From contig NC_091291.1 of NCBI RefSeq assembly GCF_032444005.1, positions 4,092,001 to 4,156,000 on the forward strand: a stretch of 64,000 nucleotides of DNA, given 5' to 3'. How positions within the stretch are numbered: the stretch's first letter is position 1; each line of letters opens with the position of its first letter. The notes beneath the pieces are model-generated. The model had not been told where the DNA came from and made no database searches. It was given only the letters and a program-made list of their open reading frames with translations. Below are positions 45,950-57,400 of the stretch, in pieces. The stretch is from Ranitomeya imitator (taxonomy: Eukaryota). The translations under genes were made by a program, and so were the position numbers.

Positions 45950-47225
45950 GGCATGGTCAAAAGTATTGGCACCCTTGAAATTTTCCCAATAAAATTTTTA
46001 GAATTACACATTTTGTTATACTCCGGTTTATTTCCTTTATGTGTATTGGAACACACAAAAAAAGAAAAGAAAAAATGACAAATTGGACATAGTTTCATCT
46101 AAAATCCCCAAAAAGGGCCGGACAAAATTGTTGTCACCTTTCCAAAATTGTGGGTACTCAACTTTGTTTCAAGCTTGTGATGCTCGTTCACCCTCTCCTG
46201 TGGCAAGTAACAGGTGCGGGCAATATGAAAATCACACCTGAAACCAGATAAAAAGGGGAGAAGTTGCCTCAATCTTTGCATTGTGTGTCACGCGAAGCGC
46301 GGAGAACAGAAACAGGAGAAGAGGACTCTCTGAGGACCAAAAGTCTTGAACAATATCAGCAATCTCCAGAGATCTTGATGTTCCTTTGTCCCCTGTGCAC
46401 ATAATCCAGATGTTTACAACCCATGACGCTGCAGCTAATCTCCCTGGACGTGACGGCAGAGAATAATTGATGAAAGGTTGCAACGCAGGATAGTCCGGAT
46501 GGTGAATAAGCAGCCACAGTCAAGAAATTCCAGCTTTCCTGCAGGCTCAGGGTGCATCACAGTCAGCACGAACTATCCATCCGCATGTGAATCAAAAGAA
46601 AAGCTATGGGAGGAGACCCCACTGCTGACACAGAGACATAAAGCTAGACTAAAATTTGCCAAAATGTACGCAAGTCAAAATCCTTCTGGGAAAGCATCTT
46701 GTGGACAGATGAGACCAAGATAAAGCTTTTTGGTAAAGCACATCATTCTACAGTTTATTGAAAACGGAATGAGGTCTACAAAGAAAAGAACACAGTACCT
46801 ACAGTCAGACATAGTGGAGATGTGTTGGTGTCTTGGCTGTGTGCAAGGCATCATGAAATCTGAAGATTACCACATAATTTTGTGTGGCCCTGTAGTGCCC
46901 AGTGTCAGAATGCTGGGTTTGTGTTCTAGGTCATGGGTGTTCCAGCAGGACAATGACCCCAAACATACTTCAAGAAGCCCCCAGAAATAGACGAAAACAA
47001 AATGCTGGAGAGTCCTTAAGTGGCAGCAATGATCTAAATCCTATTGGGGGGTTGGTGTGAAATTACATTTTGCCTTTTCTCTCAGTTTTCTTTGTGTTTT
47101 TACAATACACAGAAAGGAAATAAACCTGAGAATAAGTAAGTGTGCGGAACTGGGAGAATGTTCTGGGGGAAACACGTCATTTTCCTGAAGAATTTCAAGG
47201 GTGCCAACACTGTAGTCCCTGACTG
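45948..47225 (+). mobile_element. Decayed near-full-length Tc1-like transposon (~1.28 kb)
   Basis: Left TIR (TA)TAGGCATGGTCAAAAGTATTGGCACCCTTGAAATT and right TIR AATTTCAAGGGTGCCAACACTGTAGTCCCTGACTG. Internal remnants: ISRDLDVPLS..NLPGR, ARLKFAK, FWESILWTDETK and VFQQDNDPKHT, with frameshifts. Confidence 0.9.
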
Positions 47226-49105
47226 CACACATGGAGGTGCCAACACTGTCGTCCCTGACTGCACACATGGAGGTGCCAACACTGTCGTCCCTGACTGCAC
47301 ACATGGAGGTGCCAACACTGTCGCCCCTGACTGCACACATGGAGGTGCCAACACTGTCGCCCCTGACTGTACACATGGAGGTGCCAACACTGTCGCCCCT
47401 GACTGCACACATGGAGGTGCCAACACTGTCGCCCCTGACTGCACACATGGAGGTGCCAACACTGTCGTCCCTGACTGCACACATGGAGGTGCCAACACTG
47501 TCGTCCCTGACTGCACACATGGAGGTGCCAACACTGTCGCCCCTGACTGCACACATGGAGGTGCCAACACTGTCGCCCCTGACTGCACACATGGAGGTGC
47601 CAACACTGTCGCCCCTGACTGCACACATGGAGGTGCCAACACTGTCGCCCCTGACTGCACACATGGAGGTGCCAACACTGTCGTCCCTGACTGCACACAT
47701 GGAGGTGCCAACACTGGCGTCCCTGACTGCACACATGGAGGTGCCAACACTGTCGTCCCTGACTGCACACATGGAGGTGCCAACACTGTCCTCCCTGACT
47801 GCACACATGGAGGTGCCAACACTGTCCTCCCTGACTGCACACATGGAGGTGCCAACACTGTCGCCCCTGACTGCACACATGGAGGTGCCAACACTGTCCT
47901 CCCTGACTGCACACATGGAGGTGCCAACACTGTCCTCCCTGACTGCACACATGGAGGTGCCAACACTGTCCTCCCTGACTGCACACATGGAGGTGCCATC
48001 ACTGTCCTCCCTGACTGCACACATGGAGGTGCCAACACTGTCCTCCCTGACTGCACACATGGAGGTGCCATCACTGTCCTCCCTGACTGCACACATGGAG
48101 GTGCCAACACTGTCCTCCCTGACTGCACACATGGAGGTGCCAACACTGTCCTCCCTGACTGCACACATGGAGGTGCCAACACTGTCGCCCCTGACTGCAC
48201 ACATGGAGGTGCCAACACTGTCCTCCCTGACTGCACACATGGAGGTGCCAACACTGTCGCCCCTGACTGTACACATGTAGGTGCCAACACTGTCGCCCCT
48301 GACTGCACACATGGAGGTGCCAACACTGTCCTCCCTGACTGCACACATGGAGGTGCCAACACTGTCGCCCCTGACTGCACACATGGAGGTGCCAACACTG
48401 TCGCCCCTGACTGCACACATGGAGGTGCCAACACTGTCCTCCCTGACTGCACACATGGAGGTGCCAACACTGTCGCCCCTGACTGCACACATGGAGGTGC
48501 CAACACTGTCGCCCCTGACTGCACACATGGAGGTGCCAACACTGTCGCCCCTGACTGCACACATGGAGGTGCCAACACTGTCGCCCCTGACTGCACACAT
48601 GGAGGTGCCAACACTGTCCTCCCTGACTGCACACATGGAGGTGCCAACACTGTCCTCCCTGACTGCACACATGGAGGTGCCAACACTGTCCTCCCTGACT
48701 GCACACATGGAGGTGCCAACACTGTCCTCCCTGACTGCACACATGGAGGTGCCAACACTGTCCTCCCTGACTGCACACATGGAGGTGCCAACACTGTCCT
48801 CCCTGACTGCACACATGGAGGTGCCAACACTGTCCTCCCTGACTGCACACATGGAGGTGCCAACACTGTCCTACCTGACTGTACACATGTAGGTGCCAAC
48901 ACTGTCCTACCTGACTATACAAATGTAGGTGCCAACACTGTCCTACCTGACTATACAAATGTAGGTGCCAACACTGTCCTCCTGACTGCACACATGGAGG
49001 TGCCAACACTGTCCTCCTAACTGCACACATGTAGGTGCCAACACTGTCCTACCTGACTGCACACATGGAGGTGCCAACACTGTCCTCCTAACTGCACACA
49101 TGTAG
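47199..49105. repeat. Minisatellite, 36 bp unit GGTGCCAACACTGTC(G/C)(T/C)CCCTGACTGCACACATGGA, ~52 copies
   Basis: Tandem repeat starting within the right TIR of the Tc1 element. 12-aa period in the ORF track. Confidence 0.97.
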
Positions 49106-49454
49106 GTCAGTGAGATCGCTATGTGGATCACATTCCGGTCAGACGTCTCAGCTGATAGAAATGTCGTCTTTCCACTAATAATTAGATGTTGTTCCTCCTG
49201 ATACAGAAGATTCCGGCTCTGAGTCACGCCTGTAATGGCCGAGTCACCCGCGGGCCCACGGCGGCTCCTGTGTACACAGACGTGATATCCTCCATTGTTC
49301 CCAGCAGATAATGATCTGTTTATGTGAAAACAATCACAGCAGCACAGAGGATTTCTGGAGACACGGAGCCAACGCAGCGGTGATCACATCTGCAGATGAT
49401 TGAGGCGGCGTCCTCACCTCCAGGATGCTGCATAGCGGCATACACAGAATGGAG

Positions 49455-49945
49455 GTCACAGCAGGGGTTAACGATGCCTGAGTCACAGCAGGGGTTAATG
49501 ACCCGTCAGTCACAGCAGGGGTTAACGATGCCTCAGTCACAGCGGAGGTTAACGATGCCTCAGTCACAGCGGAGGTTAACGATGCCTCAGTCACAGCAGG
49601 AGTTAATGATGCCTGAGTCACAGCAGGGGTTAATGACCAGTCAGTCACAGCAGGGGTTAATGACCTGTCAGTCACAGCAGGGGTTAACGATGCCTCAGTC
49701 ACAGCGGAGGTTAACGATGCCTCAGTCACAGCAGGGGTTAATGATCCGTCAGTCACAGCAGGGGTTAATGACCTGTCAGTCACAGCAGGGGTTAACGATG
49801 CCTCAGTCACAGCAGGGGTTAATGATCCGTCAGTCACAGCAGGGGTTAATGACCTGTCAGTCACAGCAGGGGTTAACGATGCCTCAGTCACAGCGGAGGT
49901 TAACGATGCCTCAGTCACAGCAGGGGTTAACGACGCCTCAGTCAC
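49455..49945. repeat. Minisatellite, 27 bp unit AGTCACAGCAGGGGTTAACGATGCCTC, ~18 copies
   Basis: Tandem repeat, unrelated to the 27-mer at 9.9-21.5 kb. Confidence 0.95.
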
Positions 49946-50058
49946 GGGATCCTGAAGCCTCTGATCGACGTCTGTAATTCTGAATAAAATGCTAAAACTA
50001 CAGTGAAGACTGACACAAAGCAGCTGAGAAGAAAGCGGCGACGGCCACTCAAAGGAGA

Positions 50059-53000
50059 GCAGAATACTGGGGGTCCCTCTGAGCTGGTGGAGGGCTCGGG
50101 GTGGGTGCAGAATACTGGGGGTCCCTCTGAGCTGGTGGAGGGCTCGGGGTGGGTGCAGAGTACTGGAGGTCCCTCTGAGCTGGTGGAGGGCTCGGGGTGG
50201 GTGCAGAATACTGGGGGTCCCTCTGAGCTGGTGGAGGGCTCGGGGTGGGTGCAGAGTACTGGGGGTCCCTCTCAGCTGGGGGAGGGCTCGGGGTGGGTGC
50301 AGAGTACTGGGGGTCCCTCTGAGCTGGTGGAGGGCTCGGGGTGGGTGCAGAGTACTGGGGGTCCCTCTCAGCTGGGGGAGGGCTCGGGGTGGGTGCAGAG
50401 TACTGGGGGTCCCTCTGAGCTGGTGGAGGGCTCGGGGTGGGTGCAGAATACTGGGGGTCCCTCTGAGCTGGTGGAGGGCTCAGGGGTGCAGAGTACTGGG
50501 GGTCCCTCTCAGCTGGTGGAGGGCTCGGGGTGGGTGCAGAGTACTGGTGGTCCCTCTGAGCTGGTGGAGGGCTCGGGGTGGGTGCAGAGTACTGGGGGTC
50601 CCTCTGAGCTGGTGGAGGGCTCGGGGTGGGTGCAGAGTACTGGGGGTCCCTCTGAGCTGGTGGAGGGCTCGGGGTGGGTGCAGAGTACTGGGGGTCCCTC
50701 TGAGCTGGTGGAGGGCTCGGGGTGGGTGCAGAGTACTGGGGGTCCCTCTGAGCTGGTGGAGGGCTCGGGGTGGGTGCAGAGTACTGGGGGTCCCTCTGAG
50801 CTGGTGGAGGGCTCGGGGTGGGTGCAGAATACTGGGGGTCACTCAGAGCTGGGGGAGGGCTCAGGGTGGGTGCAGAGTACTGGGGGTCCCTCTGAGCTGG
50901 TGGAGGGCTCGGGGTGGGTGCAGAGTACTGGGGGTCCCTCTGAGCTGGTGGAGGGCTTGGGGTGGGTGCAGAGTACAGGGGGTCCCTCTCAGCTGGTGGA
51001 GGGCTCGGGGTGGGTGCAGAATACTGGGGGTCACTCAGAGCTGGTGGAGGGCTCAGGGTGGGTGCAGAGTACTGGGGGTCCCTCTGAGCTGGTGGAGGGC
51101 TTGGGGTGCATGCAGAGTACAGGGGGTCCCTCTGAGCTGGTGGAGGGCTCGGGGTGGGTGCAGAATACTGGGGGTCCCTCTGAGCTGGTGGAGGGCTCGG
51201 GGTGGGTGCAGAGTACTGGGGGTCCCTCTCAGCTGGGGGAGGGCTCGGGGTGGGTGCAGAGTACTGGGGGTCCCTCTGAGCTGGTGGAGGGCTTGGGGTG
51301 GGTGCAGAATACTGGGGGTCCCTCTGAGCTGGTGGAGGGCTCAGGGGTGCAGAGTACTGGGGGTCCCTCTCAGCTGGTGGAGGGCTCGGGGTGGGTGCAG
51401 AGTACTGGTGGTCCCTCTGAGCTGGTGGAGGGCTCGGGGTGGGTGCAGAGTACTGGGGGTCCCTCTGAGCTGGTGGAGGGCTCGGGGTGGGTGCAGAGTA
51501 CTGGGGGTCCCTCTGAGCTGGTGGAGGGCTCGGGGTGGGTGCAGAATACTGGGGGTCACTCAGAGCTGGGGGAGGGCTCAGGGTGGGTGCAGAGTACTGG
51601 GGGTCCCTCTGAGCTGGTGGAGGGCTTGGGGTGGGTGCAGAGTACTGGGGTCCCTCTGAGCTGGTGGAGGGCTTGGGGTGGGTGCAGAGTACAGGGGGTC
51701 CCTCTCAGCTGGTGGAGGGCTCGGGGTGGGTGCAGAATACTGGGGGTCACTCAGAGCTGGGGGAGGGCTCAGGGTGGGTGCAGAGTACTGGGGGTCCCTC
51801 TGAGCTGGTGGAGGGCTTGGGGTGGGTGCAGAGTACTGGGGGTCCCTCTGAGCTGGTGGAGGGCTTGGGGTGCGTGCAGAGTACAGGGGGTCCCTCTGAG
51901 CTGGTGGAGGGCTCGGGGTGGGTGCAGAATACGGTGGGGTCCCTCTGAGCTGGTGGAGGGCTCGGGGTCGGTGTAGAGTACTGGGGGTCCCTCTGAGCTG
52001 GTGGAGGGCTCAGGGTGGGAGCAGAGTACTGGGGGTCCCTCTGAGCTGGTGGAGGGCTCGGGGTGGGTGCAGAGTACTGGGGGTCCCTCTCAGCTGGGGG
52101 AGGGCTCAGGGTGGGAGCAGAGTACTGGGGGTCCCTCTGAGCTGGTGGAGGGCTCGGGGTGGGTGCAGAGTACTGGGGATCCCTCTCAGCTGGTGGAGGG
52201 CTCGGGGTGGGTGCAGAATACTGGGGGTCCCTCTGAGCTGGTGGAGGGCTCAGGGTGGGTGCAGAGTACTGGGGGTCCCTCTGAGCTGGTGGAGGGCTTG
52301 GGGTGGGTGCAGAGTACAGGGGGTCCCTCTCAGCTGGTGGAGGGCTCGGGGTGGGTGCAGAGTACTGGGGGTCCCTCTCAGCTGGTGGAGGGCTCGGGGT
52401 GGGTGCAGAGTACTGGGGGTCCCTCTCAGCTGGTGGAGGGCTTGGGGTGGGTGCAGAGTACTGGGGGTCCCTCTCAGCTGGTGGAGGGCTCGGGGTGGGT
52501 GCAGAGTACAGGGGGTCCCTCTCAGCTGGTGGAGGGCTTGGGGTGCAGAGTACAGGGGGTCCCTCTGAGCTGGTGGAGGGCTCGGGGTGGGTGCAGAGTA
52601 CTGGGGGTCCCTCTCAGCTGGTGGAGGGCTCGGGGTGGGTGCAGAGTACTGGGGGTCCCTCAGCTGGTGGAGGGCTTGGGGTGGGTGCAGAGTACAGGGG
52701 GTCCCTCTCAGCTGGTGGAGGGCTCAGGGTGGGTACTGGGGGTCCCTCTCAGCTGGTGGAGGGCTCGGGGTGGGTGCAGAGTACTGGGGGTCCCTCTCAG
52801 CTGGTGGAGGGCTCGGGGTGGGTGCAGAGTACAGGGGGTCCCTCTCAGCTGGTGGAGGGCTCGGGGTGGGTGCAGAGTACTGGGGGTCCCTCTCAGCTGG
52901 TGGAGGGCTCGGGGTGGGTGCAGAGTACTGGGGGTCCCTCAGCTGGTGGAGGGCTCAGGGTGGGTGCAGAGTACTGGGGGTCCCTCTCAGCTGGTGGAGG

Positions 53001-53196
53001 GCTCGGGGTGGGTGCAGAGTACTGGGGGTCCCTCTCAGCTGGTGGAGGGCTTGGGGTGGGTGCAGAGTACAGGGGGTCCCTCTCAGCTGGTGGAGGGCTC
53101 GGGGTGGGTGCAGAGTACTGGGGGTCCCTCTCAGCTGGTGGAGGGCTCGGGGTGGGTGCAGAGTACTGGGGGTCCCTCTCAGCTGGTGGAGGGCTC
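50059..53196. repeat. G-rich minisatellite, 48 bp unit, ~65 copies
   Basis: GGGTGGGTGCAGAGTACTGGGGGTCCCTCT(G/C)AGCTGGTGGAGGGCTCG. 16-aa period in the ORF track. Confidence 0.97.
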
Positions 53197-53339
53197 CAAT
53201 ATCATGTAACAATCAGGATTTATGTCAGGAGAACGACACGAGCGGCTGATGACACAAACATGGAGGTGCGGAGCCGCAGAGAACATTGCCAGAATGATGG
53301 ACACCAGACAATCTCGCAGGAGAAGGATCTATTACAGCA

Positions 53340-53607
53340 TCAGTCACATCCTCCACGGCCGCCATCACTACCGCCGGCCGCCATCCTGCAATCCCCAATG
53401 TCGACCAGTCCCGCCGTCATCTGGTCTCTGCGCCAAAGGACCTCCGCCAACCCGTCCAGCACGGGAGCAGCGTCTGCCAGCTCTGCCCACCCATCACCGG
53501 CCCGAGCACCACGGACGCTTCTCACCCGCATGACCGGCAGCTGCCACGTCTGCTGGAAGTCCCGGATGTCCTGCTCGGTCACGTCCGTGTGCATGAACTG
53601 GTCCAGT
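53340..53607 (-). CDS. cplane2: CPLANE2/RSG1 last coding exon
   Basis: Acceptor CCAG at 53608. Reads (K)LDQFMHTDVTEQDIRDFQQTWQLPVMRV...LADAAPVLDGLAEVLWRRDQMTAGL...GCD*. Matches the human RSG1 C-terminus as I recall it (FDQYMHTDVPERDLTAFRQAWELPLLRV...LNGLAEQLWHQDQVAAGL). Confidence 0.92.
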
Positions 53608-53692
53608 CTGGCGGGTGGAGGGTTAAGGAATAAACCTGTGCCCCCGGGTGTGGTGAATTGTGCCCGCGCCTCGCGGCTGTGTGGAAGGATAC

Positions 53693-53829
53693 TTGGTGCC
53701 GATCACCACGCGCGCCGCCTTCTCTTCGGGGCTCAGCGTCCGGGAGATCAGGGCCGGCACATCCTCGAACGAGGAGCGGTCGGTGAAGGAGAAGAGGAAG
53801 AGGACGGCGTCGGCATTCTCCTTACAGGC
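53693..53829 (-). CDS. cplane2: CPLANE2/RSG1 coding exon (137 bp)
   Basis: CTCTGCAG acceptor and GTATCC donor. Reads ACKENADAVLFLFSFTDRSSFEDVPALISRTLSPEEKAARVVIGT(K). Phases 0 and 2 agree with the neighbouring exons. Confidence 0.92.
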
Positions 53830-53906
53830 CTGCAGAGACAGAACCGGATCATCAGTCGGACACAGCGGAGCATAACCCTCATCATCCGCTCGGCAGCGCC
53901 ACCTAC

Positions 53907-54031
53907 AGGCAGAATGTGGTCAAACTTCTTCAGCGCAGACTCCCCACAATCCCAGAAGTGGAAGGCGAAAACGATGGGACGATCGCTGTCTGCAGGACGC
54001 ACCGGCCAGAACACACAGGACGTCTGGATCC
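53907..54031 (-). CDS. cplane2: CPLANE2/RSG1 coding exon (125 bp)
   Basis: TCTCAG acceptor and GTAGGT donor. Reads (G)IQTSCVFWPVRPADSDRPIVFAFHFWDCGESALKKFDHILP, with the family's atypical G3 motif WDCG. Confidence 0.93.
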
Positions 54032-54301
54032 CTGAGACGAAACGATGATAGATCAGGATCAATCTGAACAAGCTAAGCTGCAGTGTAAAGCACGGAGGAC
54101 GGACAGGCCAGCGCCCACGGCCTCTGAGGAAGCAGAAGGTGAATTTCACACTTTAAAGATGGCCCAAAAATGCACACTGGAGACAACGGAGCTCGCATGT
54201 TTTATCAATGGGGCCAGGGGAGTGCGAGACCCCTCTGACCAGAGACAGCAATGATCGTCAGCGTCCCTGATCCATCACCTTCTGTGCAGTCCAGACCTCA
54301 C

Positions 54302-54454
54302 CTGTGGTCTCATGGTGCATGGGGGTCACCTCCAATCCGCAGAGTTTAGCAACCAGGGACGTCTTCCCGACACCACTTTTACCACAGACGAAGATTTTGT
54401 AGCTGGCGACATCAGCGGGAAACTGCGGGGGAAGAACCGGCCGCTCGATCAGCC
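54302..54454 (-). CDS. cplane2: CPLANE2/RSG1 coding exon with P-loop (153 bp; probably exon 2)
   Basis: TTTGCACAG acceptor and GTGAG donor. Reads (G)LIERPVLPPQFPADVASYKIFVCGKSGVGKTSLVAKLCGLEVTPMHHETT(G), with P-loop GKSGVGKT. The first coding exon was not found in the window. Confidence 0.93.
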
Positions 54455-54496
54455 CTGTGCAAATACACGGATCACAATGGTGTCACCTAAAGAAAC

Positions 54497-57400
54497 CACA
54501 CGGACCAGCAGAGGGCGGTGCAGGGATAATACAGGAGATGTAATGTCACACAGGGACCAGCAGAGGGCGGTGCGGGGATAATACAGGAGATGTAATGTCA
54601 CACACGGACCAGCAGAGGGCGGTGCAGGGATAATACAGGAGATGTAATGTCACACAGGGACCAGCAGAGGGCGGTGCAGGGATAATACAGGAGATGTAAT
54701 GTCACACAGGGACCAGCAGAGGGCGGTGCGGGGATAATACAGGAGATGTAATGTCACACAGGGACCAGCAGAGGGCGGTGCGGAGATAATACAGATGTAA
54801 TGTCACACAGGGACCAGCAGAGGGCAGTGCGGGGATAATACAGGAGATGTAATGTCACACAGGGACCAGCAGAGGGCGGTGCGGGGATAATACAGGAGAT
54901 GTAATGTCACACAGGGACCAGCAGAGGGCAGTGCGGGGATAATACAGGAGATGTAATGTCACACAGGGACCAGCAGAGGGCGGTGCAGGGATAATACAGG
55001 AGATGTAATGTCACACAGGGACCAGCAGAGGGCGGTGCGGGGATAATACAGGAGATGTAATGTCACACAGGGACCAGCAGAGGGCGGTGCAGGGATAATA
55101 CAGGAGATGTAATGTCACACACGGACCAGCAGAGGGCGGTGCGGGGATAATACAGGAGATGTAATGTCACACAGGGACCAGCAGAGGGCAGTACGGGGAT
55201 AATACAGGAGATGTAATGTCACACAGGGACCAGCAGAGGGCGGTGCAGGGATAATACAGGAGATGTAATGTCACACAGGGACCAGCAGAGGGCAGTGCGG
55301 GGATAATACAGGAGATGTAATGTCACACATGGACCAGCAGAGGGCGGTGCGGGGATAATACAGGAGGTGTAATGTCACACAGGGACCAGCAGAGGGCAGT
55401 GCGGGGATAATACAGGAGATGTAATGTCACACAGTGACCAGCAGAGGGCGGTGCAGGGATAATACAGGAGATGTAATGTCACACAGGGACCAGCAGAGGG
55501 CGGTGCGGGGATAATACAGGAGATGTAATGTCACACAGGGACCAGCAGAGGGCAGTGCGGGGATAATACAGGAGATGTAATGTCACACAGGGACCAGCAG
55601 AGGGCAGTGCGGGGATAATACAGGAGGTGTAATGTCACACAGGGACCAGCAGAGGGCGGTGCAGGGATAATACAGGAGATGTAATGTCACACAGGGACCA
55701 GCAGAGGGCAGTGCGGGGATAATACAGGAGATGTAATGTCACACAGTGACCAGCAGAGGGCAGTGCGGGGATAATACAGGAGATGTAATGTCACACAGGG
55801 ACCAGCAGAGGGCAGTGCGGGGATAATACAGGAGATGTAATGTCACACAGTGACCAGCAGAGGGCGGTGCGGGATAATACAGGAGGTGTAATGTCACACA
55901 GGGACCAGCAGAGGGCGGTGCAGGGATAATACAGGAGATGTAATGTCACACAGGGACCAGCAGAGGGCGGTGCGGGGATAATACAGGAGATGTAATGTCA
56001 CACAGGGACCAGCAGAGGGCGGTGCGGGGATAATACAGGAGATGTAATGTCACACAGGGACCAGCAGAGGGCAGTGCGGGGATAATACAGGAGGTGTAAT
56101 GTCACACAGGGACCAGCAGAGGGCGGTGCGGGATAATACAGGAGGTGTAATGTCACACAGGGACCAGCAGAGGGCAGTGCGGGGATAATACAGGAGATGT
56201 AATGTCACACAGTGACCAGCAGAGGGCAGTGCGGGGATAATACAGGAGGTGTAATGTCACACAGGGACCAGCAGAGGGCGGTGCGGGATAATACAGGAGG
56301 TGTAATGTCACACAGGGACCAGCAGAGGGCGGTGCGGGGATAATACAGGAGATGTAATGTCACACAGGGACCAGCAGAGGGCAGTGCGGGGATAATACAG
56401 GAGATGTAATGTCACACAGTGACCAGCAGAGGGCAGTGCGGGGATAATACAGGAGGTGTAATGTCACACAGGGACCAGCAGAGGGCGGTGCAGGGATAAT
56501 ACAGGAGATGTAATATCACACAGTGAGCAGCAGAGGGCGGTGCGGGGATAATACAGGAGATGTAATATCACACAGGAACCAGCAGAGGGCGGTGCGGGGA
56601 TAATACAGGAGATGTAATGTCACACAGGGACCAGCAGAGGGCGGTGCGGGGATAATACAGGAGATGTAATGTCACACAGGGACCAGCAGAGGGCGGTGCG
56701 GGGATAATACAGGAGATGTAATGTCACACACGGACCAGCAGAGGGCGGTGCAGAAATAATACAGGAGATGTAATGTCACACAGGGACCAGCAGAGGGCAG
56801 TGCAGAAATAATACAGGAGATGTAATGTCACACAGGGACCAGCAGAGGGCAGTGCAGAAATAATACAGGAGGTGTAATGTCACACAGGGACCAGCAGAGG
56901 GCGGTGCGGGGATAATACAGGAGATGTAATGTCACACAGGGACCAGCAGAGGGCGGTGCGGGGATAATACAGGAGATGTAATGTCACACAGTGACCAGCA
57001 GAGGGCAGTGCGGGGATAATACAGGAGATGTAATGTCACACAGGGACCAGCAGAGGGCGGTGCGGGGATAATACAGGAGATGTAATATCACACAGGGACC
57101 AGCAGAGGGCGGTGCGGAGATAATACAGGAGATGTAATGTCACACAGGGACCAGCAGAGGGCGGTGCGGGGATAATACAGGAGATGTAATGTCACACAGG
57201 GACCAGCAGAGGGCGGTGCGGGGATAATACAGGAGGTGTAATGTCACACAGGGACCAGCAGAGGGCGGTGCAGGGATAATACAGGAGGTGTAATGTCACA
57301 CAGGGACCAGCAGAGGGCGGTGCAGGGATAATACAGGAGATGTAATGTCACACAGGGACCAGCAGAGGGCAGTGCAGGGATAATACAGGAGGTGTAATGT

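Noticed and set aside
40936-46098. 1300-1720 aa ORFs on both strands
   Set aside because: Low-complexity translations of the 32/37-bp array, open in several frames at once.
47041-53249. Repetitive ORFs such as (ANTVAPDCTHGG)n, (TEASLTPAV)n and (GWVQSTGGPSELVEGS)n resembling mucin or antifreeze proteins
   Set aside because: They are explained by 36-, 27- and 48-bp minisatellites open in most frames. One derives from a Tc1 TIR, and none has a supporting gene structure.
53748-54149. 133-aa minus ORF as a stand-alone gene
   Set aside because: Only the 125-bp internal part is a cplane2 exon; the rest is intron read-through.
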